A DNA stretch of 63,452 bases, filler included. It is 3 parts of 3 records of this genome, joined end to end, with 100 filler letters (N's around TTAATTAATTAA, not from the genome) between each part and the next. Parts side by side here need not be neighbours in the genome. Positions count along the whole stretch, not along the records: positions 1 to 22,313 come from SRR31156797_23904; 2 more parts are not named here. The stretch is one strand, 5' to 3'. The translations under genes and the position numbers were made by a program. Within the stretch, counting starts at the first letter, position 1. Every line of letters begins with the position of its first letter. The notes under the pieces were generated by a model. The model had not been told where the DNA came from and ran no database searches. It was given only the letters and a program-made list of their open reading frames with translations. Positions 8,328-17,442 of this stretch are shown here, in pieces.

Positions 8328-9881
8328 TTAGAGCCTCCTCAAGGTTACAGGGTCAGCCAAAGCTGCCCCATCCACCTTGCCGTTAGCGTTCAAAGGGAGG
8401 CTATCCAGCTCTTCCACACGGCCAGGGACCATTTGAACCGGCAGCGTATCCTGCAAATAATCCTTAATATTGTGAAAAAATGCATCGGTGTTTGCCTGTC
8501 CGCTGGACCTGACCACATAAGCGGCCAGGCCTGTTTCACCGTTCTCACGGATAAAGGGCCGGACATAGGCGTGCCGGACTTCCGGGTGGCTCAAAAGGGC
8601 TGTCTCTACCTCCACGGTTTCGATACGGCAACCCCTGATCTTGATCTGATGATCCTTCCTGCCCCTGAAATAGATCTGCCCGTTTTCGCCCAGTCTGCCC
8701 AGATCTCCGGTCCGGTACATACGGCTAAAGTCAGGGTCCTGTCTTTCCGGGTCGTACAAAGGATTGGCCGTAAAACCCTGGGCCGTCTTAAGGGACTGGT
8801 TCAGGTACCCGGCACAGACCTGGTCTCCGGAAATGCAAATTTCACCGGGCCTGCCCGGCGCACAAAGGGAAAGGTTTTCATCCAGTATCATCACTTTCAT
8901 GCCGGGCAGGGCCTGTCCCAGGGGATAGTCGGATAGTGGACGGGTAATCGGAAAGGCCGTGACATAGGCAGTGGTTTCGGTAGGGCCGTAAAGATTAAAT
9001 ACCTGATAACTTCTGGGGACAAATTCACGCAGTACCTCTCCGCCGGTGAGCAAGCGGCGTAAATTTGGATTGTCAAAGGTTTGCATATACGCCTCCCCCA
9101 CCCGGGTGGTCAAAAATGAGATTTCGATCTTATGGCGCATATAGTACCGGTGAAGGGCCACAAGAGAGATGCGCTCCGCCTCTCCCAGCAGGTAAACCCG
9201 GGCCCCTGCGACCAAAGGTGCATAAAGGTCCATCACAAAGGCGTCAAATGAAACTGTTGCAAAGGCTGCCACCCGGCTATCCACCGTGATATCGTGAAAT
9301 GCGTTATGCCGCTTGGCAAAACCCAGGACATTGGCATGGGTGAAAATCACCCCCTTAGGGTTGCCCGTGGTGCCGGAGGTATAGTAGACCAGCATGGGAC
9401 TGTCCCCGGACAACAGATTTTCCCGTTCCGCCTGGGTCTGCTGCAGGCATTCGGACTGCCGTGCGTCAATTTGCCACGTTTCCGATTGCCATAAATCAGG
9501 GGTCACCGCCTGGCAGGAGCAACCCGGGAACCGATCCGCCAGGTCCTGGTGGGTCAGAATGAAAGGAGCACCAGTATCTTTGAAAATATATCGAGCACGA
9601 TTCAGGGGGACGTCCGCGGCCAGTTGCGCGGCAGCGGCCCCGGCTTTTATCACCCCCAAGGTCCAGACAACGCAATCCAGCCCCCGGTTCATGATAACCG
9701 GGATGGCCATCCCCTTCCTGCAGCCGGCTTTGATAAGTTTTTCTGCCGCCAGGCTGCTGAAGATATCCAGCTCCCGGTAGGTCAATCTGTGTGCGGCCTC
9801 TGCCTTGTAGCAAAGCGCCGGAGTGTCGGGATATTGCCCGGCCAGGTAACCCAGAACTCGAGAATAGGTCGTTTGTTTCAT
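8328..9881 (-). CDS. Stand-alone NRPS adenylation domain
   Basis: LTYREL, YYTSGTTGNPKG, FDAF, NLYGPTE, GEICISG, YRTGDL, GRKDHQIKIRG.RIE, NGKVD. No T or C domain. Confidence 0.92.
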   Translation of the reverse strand: MKQTTYSRVLGYLAGQYPDTPALCYKAEAAHRLTYRELDIFSSLAAEKLIKAGCRKGMAIPVIMNRGLDCVVWTLGVIKAGAAAAQLAADVPLNRARYIFKDTGAPFILTHQDLADRFPGCSCQAVTPDLWQSETWQIDARQSECLQQTQAERENLLSGDSPMLVYYTSGTTGNPKGVIFTHANVLGFAKRHNAFHDITVDSRVAAFATVSFDAFVMDLYAPLVAGARVYLLGEAERISLVALHRYYMRHKIEISFLTTRVGEAYMQTFDNPNLRRLLTGGEVLREFVPRSYQVFNLYGPTETTAYVTAFPITRPLSDYPLGQALPGMKVMILDENLSLCAPGRPGEICISGDQVCAGYLNQSLKTAQGFTANPLYDPERQDPDFSRMYRTGDLGRLGENGQIYFRGRKDHQIKIRGCRIETVEVETALLSHPEVRHAYVRPFIRENGETGLAAYVVRSSGQANTDAFFHNIKDYLQDTLPVQMVPGRVEELDSLPLNANGKVDGAALADPVTLRRL

Positions 9882-9918
9882 ATGTTGTCACCCTGTCCTT
9901 TCACCGGTATGATTTGTT

Positions 9919-12900
9919 TCAACCCCCCTCATCCAGGGTCAGTGCCCGGTCCAAAACAGCCCCAGCCAATTCCCGGGTCATTTTGGGCCAGACAAATCCC
10001 AAATTCGCCAGCAAGGCGATAGTCCAGTCCATTTTTGCCTCACCACTAAAAATTTCACCCTCTGCCCTTTCCCTTTCCTGTTGCCCTATCCATGCCAGAA
10101 ATTGCCGGGCAGCTTCTGCCCGATCTTCCGGCTCGGCCTGGCCCATGGTGCTCAGTTGCGCTTTCAGGGCTGTAACCGGAAGTCGGCGAATGGCCTTTTC
10201 CTTGGGCAAAGCCATGGAAAGGATCTGGGACAGGGCAATCTGGTGGGGATTGTCGATGTGAAAGATCCCTGAGCCAAGGTCTGTCCGGCGGGCAAGCAGG
10301 CGGATGGCTCTGGCAGCCTGGTCCACAAAGGTCGGCCCCATCTTGCCGGTTCCATCCAATGCCATGCCCGTCTTTGCGATCATCCGGGCCAGACGCAGAA
10401 ACATGTTGCTTGGGGCAGCCTGGGGAAACCGATGATTTGCCGTATCAAGAATAAGGTTTCCCGTACGAAAAATCTGGCAATCCAGACCCCGGTCTCTGGC
10501 ACTAAGGACCCGTTTTTCAGCAGCCTGTTTTGTTCGGGAGTAGTGGTTCCGGGCAGGTGGGCCAACATCTTCGGTAAGTTCGGAAAAATCCGGCAGGTTA
10601 ACCGCACTCAGGGTGGAAATATGGACAAACCGGCAGTGTTCGTGCCGGGCGGCCAGTTCCAACAAATGTTCTGTGGCCGTCACATTGGCTGCGGCCAACA
10701 GTTTCGGGCTGCCGTAGTGGTTAACGGCGGCCGCCGAGTGAAGGATCATATCCAGGTGGGGAAGACATGTTTCCAAAAAGTGCACATCCCGGGAATGGCT
10801 CAGGTCCGCGGAAACAGGGAGAATCCGCTTTCGGTCCAGCATACGGTTAGCATCAGTCCTGCCGAAATAAAAGCAAAGGCTTGCATGCAGCCGATCCCAT
10901 GGATCTTTGGCTCCCCGCACCGGCACCAGGATTGTAGCCGCTGTCCGATCCCGATACTCTTTTAAGAGAAATGCACCGAGATAACCTGTAGCCCCGGTGA
11001 TCATAATTTTGTGCAGAGCAAGGGGACGCGCCTTTGGAAGACGGGGCGCAGTAGCCACAAGGTTCTGATAATACGGGTCCTCCCCGGTGCTTTGATAAGT
11101 TCCTGTATGCTTGCGTTCGCCTGTCTTTCCGCCGACGTAATCGGTACATTCCTTTTTTTGTGTACGGGCAGAGCCCTTGGCTACCGGTCTCATGCAGACT
11201 GCCAGGTCAGAAAGCTTTGGGGCTTTGAAAAAATCCTGAAGTTCAATAGAATGGGTGTCGGCCATGTGCCCCATGACATTGAGCAACTGGAGGGAATGCC
11301 CCCCAAGGTCGAAAAAATTATCTTCCCGGCAGATATCTGAAATGCCCAGAACCGCCTCCCAGGAACGGGCCAGGACCTTTTCCGTATCAGTCCGGGGCCG
11401 GGAGCCTGACGCGGTTTCAATAAGCGGTGGCGGCAATTGATCTGTGTCCAGCTTGCCGTGGGCGTTCAACGGCCACTGCCGTACCACTGTAAATGAAGAC
11501 GGCATCATATAAGCCGGCAAACGAGACGCCGCAAAAGCCTGAATCTGATCCTGGGTACAAGGGCTGTCCTGGAGCGTATAATAGGCATCCAGACGGCTGG
11601 GTTGACCGGTTCGATCATTTTGGACCATCACATGGGCACCCCGGACACCAGGCGCGGCCAGCAGCACCCGGCGGACCTCTTCAATTTCAATCCGATACCC
11701 CCGAATCTTGATCTGACCGTCGGCGCGTCCCAAAAACTCCAAATTTCCGTCCGGCAGCCAGCGAACCCGGTCACCGGTTCTGTAAATCCGCTCAAATCCA
11801 GGCCGGTCAGAAAAAGGATTATTCAGAAAAACCCGGTCTGTTTCCACGGGCATTCCCAGGTATCCTTCGGCTAGCTGGGGGCCCGAAAGACACAGTTCCC
11901 CCGCCACACCCACCGGACAAAGTTCCAAACCGGCGTTGACCACATAAACCTGAACATTGGCCAAAGGACGCCCGATGATACGGCTGGCACCAAAAAGCGT
12001 TGAGACGGGGCAGGTGGTAACCTGAATACAGGCCTCGGTAGGGCCGTAGGCGTTAATTACTTCAAAATCCACCGGCATAAGCCTTTGGGGTGATTCACCG
12101 CCCACAGCCATGGTGACCAGGGAGCGGGGAAATCCGCCGCGTCCACCGGCCTGACCAGTCGGCACTTTTCGGGCATGGTCAAAAAGCAGATCACCCACCC
12201 GGGTCGGCAGAGCTAAACGAGTGATGCCAAGGCGGTGGAGGGCCGCCATAAGGGCAGCACTGTCCACGAGCAGTTCTCCGGGCGCCATGTGTACGCAGGC
12301 ACCGCCGGCCCATGAGGGGAAGAGCAGCCACAAAGAAGGATCAAAGGAAAAAGCAATGGTATGAAGGACCTGGTCGTAGGGGCACAGCCCGAACCTGTCC
12401 AGGGTCCACGCGACCTGGTTGGCCAGCGCCCGGTGGGGTACAGCCGTTGCCTTGGGACGACCGGTAGTACCCGAGGTACAGATGACATAAGCCAGATCTC
12501 CGGGGGACGGCTCCGGTAGAAGCCCGGCGTCGCCGTCGGCTTCCAGGTTCCCAAAATTCTCTGTCAGGATAAGAGTCTGAAGGCAAATATCAGCGGGTGC
12601 CAGGCAGTCCGTAACCAAAGCGCAGGCATTGGTGAGTGCCAGCATGTCGTTGATCCGGGAAACAGGCCAGTCCGGTGCCAGGGGCAGATAGGCTGCCCCG
12701 GCCTTCATGATCCCTAAGGGTACGGCCGCCCCGGCAATGCTCCGGGACATGACAGCCCCGATCACGCAGCCCCTGCCCGCTCCCATGGCTATCAACCGAC
12801 GGGCCAGCTCATCGGTCCGGGTATCAAGCTGTCCGTAAGTCAGGCAGGTCGTCCCATGTACCAAAGCCGGCAGGTCTGTATATCGTCCGGCAGCTGCACA

Positions 12901-15900
12901 AAAGGCATGAACGGCAGTGGGAAAATCAATGGTCAGATCCCTGCCCCGGCCGAATTGTTCTGTAAGCTGCCGGACATCTTCAGCCGGGAGACGGGAAATT
13001 ATTCGGGCAGGCAGGTCCGGGCGGTTCAGCACCCGTTTGATTCTGGCCCGGAACTGTGTCCTGAGCCTGTCTGCCAGTGCCGGCGGTACAGCCCGGGGAT
13101 GGAATCGGAATTCGGCGGCAGAATCTACCCCGCCGTCCCGGAACAGAATCACCAGGTCGTATCCGTCACTGCCGTGGGTGGATAAGGGGCTGGGAAAATT
13201 TGCGTTATCCTCTCCGACGCGTTCAAAGGAAAAAAGGTGACGGGGCAAACGGCCGGCCATGGTGTCAGGCACGTCATACCTGGATTGAATCAAATCCATT
13301 TCATCCTGGACAGCCGAGGCAAAGCCTGTAAAAGATTGATCGCCGACCAGAGGACGGATCAACGGCAGGGTCCTGGCGCACATACCCACGAGGGATTCAA
13401 TCCCGGACAGAGGCGGCCTGCCTGCGGAAACAAACCCCAGCATCATTGACCCCTGTTCCGGACAGTCGGCATAGTGCTCCAGAACCAGCACCCAAATCGC
13501 CATGAAAAATGCCGCAGGCGTGATCCCTTCCTTTTGGGCTGCAGCCTTGCTGGCCATAAATTCATCAGAGGAAAGCAGCGCAAGGCTCCGGATCAGGTCT
13601 GAATCGGCAGCGTCTTCCTTGACAGTCTCCTGGGTAAGCAAGACGGGCAAATTCGCCGGCATGGCATGGGCGGGAAATTTTTCCTCCCAAAAATCCCCGG
13701 AGGCGTGATGGTCAAATATCGCGTCTTCGGATCTTTCATGACGGGGAATTCGGGCATGAATCCATTGGAGATATTCCCCAAAGGAGAGAACCGGCGCAGA
13801 CGACGCGGGTACGCTGCCGAAGAGTTCATCAAACAGGATACCCAGACTCCATCCGTCCAGGATCAGGTGGTGGTAATGAAACAGCATCTCCAGGTGCCCC
13901 TCCGCCATCCTGAAAAATTCCAGGCGGATCAGGGGGGGCTTAAATGGATCCAGCCCCGCTTTCATATCTGCCATCCGACCGATAAGTTGCGATCTGATAT
14001 CCTGGGGGCTCTCATCATGATAAACAAAAGGGATTTCCATCCGGGGGGGTACGACCACCCAGGATGCCCCATCCCCATCCAGGGCAAAACAGGACCGCAG
14101 GAGGTCGTGACGTTCCATGGCAGAGGCCAGGCGGCTACGGATCTCTTCCGGAGACGGCGTGGTGTTCGCAAGCTTGTAATGTCCGGTCACGGCATAGGCG
14201 TTTGGCCCGTATATTGCGGCCTGGGTGAGCAACATTCTCTGGGTAGGCGTGGGGGGAAGAACGATTGTCCCCTTACCCCAGACAGCTTCCATTGATCTGC
14301 AAAATCCGGCATCGGGAAGAGGCAAGGGCACTGATTTGTATTCAACCCCTTCGGCATCCGGAGGGGTTTTCGTATTCGGGGCCACCATCTTTGCCGCCAG
14401 CACCCTGAGGGTGGAACTGGTCATGATATCCCTGAGGGAAACCTGCCACCCCAGACTTTCCAGTCGGGCGGCCAGACGGATGGCGTTGATGGAGTCCCCG
14501 CCCGCTGCCAGAAAACTTTGCAGCACATTGGCATCTATTCCAGGCAGCAAGTCTGCCAGGACGGTCAAGAGAACATTTTCGGCCGGTGTATCAGGGGAAG
14601 CGACCGGAAAGTCCCCGGCCCGGCCTTCCGGTTCCGGGAGTGCGCGAAGATCTATCTTGCCTCCGGGAGTCAACGGCAGAGCATCTATCCGAATGATCGC
14701 GGGGAGCATATGGGACGGTAGTTTCTCAGAAAGAAAAGCCATGATCTCCTCTTTCCGGAAACTATGGGAGGAGGAGACCACCCATGCAGCCAGCCGCTTT
14801 TCACCTCCGGCTGTCGGCGCTTGCAAAGCTGCCACAGCCCTGTCGATCCAGGGATGGGACTGGAGCACGCTTTCAATTTCCCCCAGCTCCACCCGGAATC
14901 CCCTTACTTTAACCTGATTGTCCATACGGCCCAGGAAGATCAGGTCACCCCGTTCATCGTCCGGTGCTGTCTGCCAGTAGGCCAGGTCACCGGTGCGGTA
15001 AAGCCGTCTGTGCTCAGACTCGTCACGGTCCGGATTAAAAAAAGGATTATCTATGAATTTTTCAGCGGTCAACGGATCGTCTCCCAGATATCCCCGGGCC
15101 ACCTGAACACCTGAAAAACACAGTTCTCCCGGTACGCCCAAGGGCACGAGCCGACCCATGCTGTCAATAATAAAAGCCCGCATCCCGGGAAGGGGTCTGC
15201 CGATGGGGATGGGCGTCAAGTTCTGTGACAAAGTATATGACGTACAGGTCACCGTGCATTCAGTGGGACCGTACTCGTTGACAACAGTGTAAGGCACCCG
15301 GGTATAACGGCCAATGGCGTCCCCGCCTGTGGCCAAAAAACGCAAGGCAGACGGGGCATTGCTGCCTGGGAACCTGTCCATAAACTCCTCGGCCATGGCA
15401 ACGGGCAGGTCCATGTGGGTGATACGTTCCCTAATCACGTAATCCCTTATCCGATGCAGGGTATGCTGGCTCCCTTCCCCCAGAATATGAACGGTCCCGC
15501 CGCTGAACAGGGCAGAATAGAAACCCCAGATGGCCACGTCATAGGCGAACTCGGTCTGGATAGCGGCGCTCATATCCGGCCCCCAGTGGTACCGGTCCAT
15601 GGCCCAGGTGCAAAACGCCACGGCATTTCGGTGTTCCACCACCACGCCCTTGGGGCGCCCTGAGGTACCGGAGGTCATGATGATATAGGCCGGATCCTCT
15701 GGACAGGCAGATCGGTAGGTCTTGTTTTTTCTCCCGGCAGCCGGTGGATGCCCAAGCCGATCAAAATTTTCTTCATCCAGCACCAGATCCGGATCTGTAT
15801 CTGCCAAGACCTGTCGGACCCGGTCAAACCGCCATTCCGGGGAAAGGGGCAGATAGGCGGCTCCCGCCTGGAGTACGGCCAAGGCCGCAATGGCGATCCG

Positions 15901-17442
15901 GTGGGATCGATTAAGCGTAAAGGCCACCAGATTGCCCGGCCCAACACCCTGGTCGGCCAGAGCATCAGCCAGGGCATCCACACGGCTTGCCAGTTCACCA
16001 TAGGTCATGCGGGTACTTTCCCAAACCAGGGCGTTTTTCTCTGAATGGGCTGCAGCCGCATTCCGCCAGAGCGTTGCCAGGGTGTGACCGGCGGCCCCAG
16101 GCAACGGCGGATCATAGGACAGCAGCAGAGCCGTCTCTTCATCCGGAAGAAAAGCAATATCTTTCAAACCGATATCCGGGTTCCGAACGACAGCGGCCAG
16201 GATGTTGCAAAAATGGACGGCCGCGCGTGTCACGGCCCGGGTCGAGTATTTTCGAGTATCGTAAGAAAAGCAGGCCTGAACCGTTTTTCCCAGTTCGAAA
16301 CCGGCAGTAAAGCCTGCCACAGCCTCCCCGTATCCCCGGACCCACTCGGGACCGTCTGCCGGGGGGGCAGGGTCAGCCACAAAGAGAAGATCAGCATAGC
16401 CGGGTATCATTTTGTTCAACACGGTGGGGGAGGCAAATCCGTGACGCTCATCCGCTGATACCTGGGTGTTCCATTCCCTGATCCAGGCGGAAAAGGCCTT
16501 TTCTTCGGGTAGATCCAACCGGACCGGAATGGTATTGACACACATACCGACCATTCCAATCACCCCGGGCACCGTTCCCATACGGCCGTTGATAACATGA
16601 CCGAACCCAACCCGTCCCCCGTTGTACCGGCAAAGCAGCAGTGCCCACAAAGCCTGAAGCAGGCGTCCGGGTGAGATGCGCAGCTGCCGGGCCAGACCAT
16701 ACAGACGGACGCTTTCCGGCAATGAAAACCGGTGGTGTGCGCAGTCCCAAGCCATATTGTCTGTTTCTTGATCTGAAATTGGGCCTGTCACCTGGCCGGG
16801 GAACCGGCTCGCCTCAACGCCGGCAAGCCGGGCCTGCCAATAGGCAAAATCTGACTGAATGTCCCGCTTTGCCAGAAACCGGAGATACCGGCTAAAGGGC
16901 ACCCCTTTGTCTCCGGTCGCCTCTTGGGCCAGAAGCTGCTTCATCAGAATGGCCAGGCTCCAGCCATCCAGGACGGCGTGGTGGAAGATGATTCCCACAT
17001 CCCGGATGCCTGTACCCGGCCCGAACCTGTCAAACAGGACCAGTCGACACAGGGGACCGGTAAAAGGGTCTATCCCTCTTGTGCGAACCGCTTCAAGATA
17101 GTCGCCGATGGCCAGGTCCTGATCTTCGGTACTGCGACCGGAGAGATTTTGGCAGCTGAATCCGGGAAGATGGCCTTTAGGAAAGGCCTGGGTCAGGTTC
17201 CCGTCATCATCGAGGAAAAGCCGGGTACGCAGGACCGGATGGATCTGGGCAAGCCCATGCCAGCGCCGGCGAAGTTCATCAGGATCACAGAGACGGGGAA
17301 GCCTGAAATGAATCAGTGAGAGGTAGCGGGGAGCAGACTTTTGCCCGGATGCCGAAGACTGTGTCGACGCAATAGAGTCAAAGACCATTCCCTCCTGCAT
17401 GGGGGTCAGGGGAAACCGACCGGGAATATCAGGCAAATTCAT
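9919..17442 (-). CDS. NRPS, C-A-T-C-A-T-R (terminal thioester reductase)
   Basis: C: HHAVLDG and HHLILDG. A: TSGTSGRPKG/NEYGPTE and TSGTTGRPKA/NAYGPTE. T: GGDSI (Ser 14491-14493) and GGHSL (Ser 11293-11295). R: ITGATGYLG, HSAA.VNH, YSRTK. Likely start ATG 17442 overlaps the upstream NRPS stop. Confidence 0.95.
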   Translation of the reverse strand: MNLPDIPGRFPLTPMQEGMVFDSIASTQSSASGQKSAPRYLSLIHFRLPRLCDPDELRRRWHGLAQIHPVLRTRLFLDDDGNLTQAFPKGHLPGFSCQNLSGRSTEDQDLAIGDYLEAVRTRGIDPFTGPLCRLVLFDRFGPGTGIRDVGIIFHHAVLDGWSLAILMKQLLAQEATGDKGVPFSRYLRFLAKRDIQSDFAYWQARLAGVEASRFPGQVTGPISDQETDNMAWDCAHHRFSLPESVRLYGLARQLRISPGRLLQALWALLLCRYNGGRVGFGHVINGRMGTVPGVIGMVGMCVNTIPVRLDLPEEKAFSAWIREWNTQVSADERHGFASPTVLNKMIPGYADLLFVADPAPPADGPEWVRGYGEAVAGFTAGFELGKTVQACFSYDTRKYSTRAVTRAAVHFCNILAAVVRNPDIGLKDIAFLPDEETALLLSYDPPLPGAAGHTLATLWRNAAAAHSEKNALVWESTRMTYGELASRVDALADALADQGVGPGNLVAFTLNRSHRIAIAALAVLQAGAAYLPLSPEWRFDRVRQVLADTDPDLVLDEENFDRLGHPPAAGRKNKTYRSACPEDPAYIIMTSGTSGRPKGVVVEHRNAVAFCTWAMDRYHWGPDMSAAIQTEFAYDVAIWGFYSALFSGGTVHILGEGSQHTLHRIRDYVIRERITHMDLPVAMAEEFMDRFPGSNAPSALRFLATGGDAIGRYTRVPYTVVNEYGPTECTVTCTSYTLSQNLTPIPIGRPLPGMRAFIIDSMGRLVPLGVPGELCFSGVQVARGYLGDDPLTAEKFIDNPFFNPDRDESEHRRLYRTGDLAYWQTAPDDERGDLIFLGRMDNQVKVRGFRVELGEIESVLQSHPWIDRAVAALQAPTAGGEKRLAAWVVSSSHSFRKEEIMAFLSEKLPSHMLPAIIRIDALPLTPGGKIDLRALPEPEGRAGDFPVASPDTPAENVLLTVLADLLPGIDANVLQSFLAAGGDSINAIRLAARLESLGWQVSLRDIMTSSTLRVLAAKMVAPNTKTPPDAEGVEYKSVPLPLPDAGFCRSMEAVWGKGTIVLPPTPTQRMLLTQAAIYGPNAYAVTGHYKLANTTPSPEEIRSRLASAMERHDLLRSCFALDGDGASWVVVPPRMEIPFVYHDESPQDIRSQLIGRMADMKAGLDPFKPPLIRLEFFRMAEGHLEMLFHYHHLILDGWSLGILFDELFGSVPASSAPVLSFGEYLQWIHARIPRHERSEDAIFDHHASGDFWEEKFPAHAMPANLPVLLTQETVKEDAADSDLIRSLALLSSDEFMASKAAAQKEGITPAAFFMAIWVLVLEHYADCPEQGSMMLGFVSAGRPPLSGIESLVGMCARTLPLIRPLVGDQSFTGFASAVQDEMDLIQSRYDVPDTMAGRLPRHLFSFERVGEDNANFPSPLSTHGSDGYDLVILFRDGGVDSAAEFRFHPRAVPPALADRLRTQFRARIKRVLNRPDLPARIISRLPAEDVRQLTEQFGRGRDLTIDFPTAVHAFCAAAGRYTDLPALVHGTTCLTYGQLDTRTDELARRLIAMGAGRGCVIGAVMSRSIAGAAVPLGIMKAGAAYLPLAPDWPVSRINDMLALTNACALVTDCLAPADICLQTLILTENFGNLEADGDAGLLPEPSPGDLAYVICTSGTTGRPKATAVPHRALANQVAWTLDRFGLCPYDQVLHTIAFSFDPSLWLLFPSWAGGACVHMAPGELLVDSAALMAALHRLGITRLALPTRVGDLLFDHARKVPTGQAGGRGGFPRSLVTMAVGGESPQRLMPVDFEVINAYGPTEACIQVTTCPVSTLFGASRIIGRPLANVQVYVVNAGLELCPVGVAGELCLSGPQLAEGYLGMPVETDRVFLNNPFSDRPGFERIYRTGDRVRWLPDGNLEFLGRADGQIKIRGYRIEIEEVRRVLLAAPGVRGAHVMVQNDRTGQPSRLDAYYTLQDSPCTQDQIQAFAASRLPAYMMPSSFTVVRQWPLNAHGKLDTDQLPPPLIETASGSRPRTDTEKVLARSWEAVLGISDICREDNFFDLGGHSLQLLNVMGHMADTHSIELQDFFKAPKLSDLAVCMRPVAKGSARTQKKECTDYVGGKTGERKHTGTYQSTGEDPYYQNLVATAPRLPKARPLALHKIMITGATGYLGAFLLKEYRDRTAATILVPVRGAKDPWDRLHASLCFYFGRTDANRMLDRKRILPVSADLSHSRDVHFLETCLPHLDMILHSAAAVNHYGSPKLLAAANVTATEHLLELAARHEHCRFVHISTLSAVNLPDFSELTEDVGPPARNHYSRTKQAAEKRVLSARDRGLDCQIFRTGNLILDTANHRFPQAAPSNMFLRLARMIAKTGMALDGTGKMGPTFVDQAARAIRLLARRTDLGSGIFHIDNPHQIALSQILSMALPKEKAIRRLPVTALKAQLSTMGQAEPEDRAEAARQFLAWIGQQERERAEGEIFSGEAKMDWTIALLANLGFVWPKMTRELAGAVLDRALTLDEGG

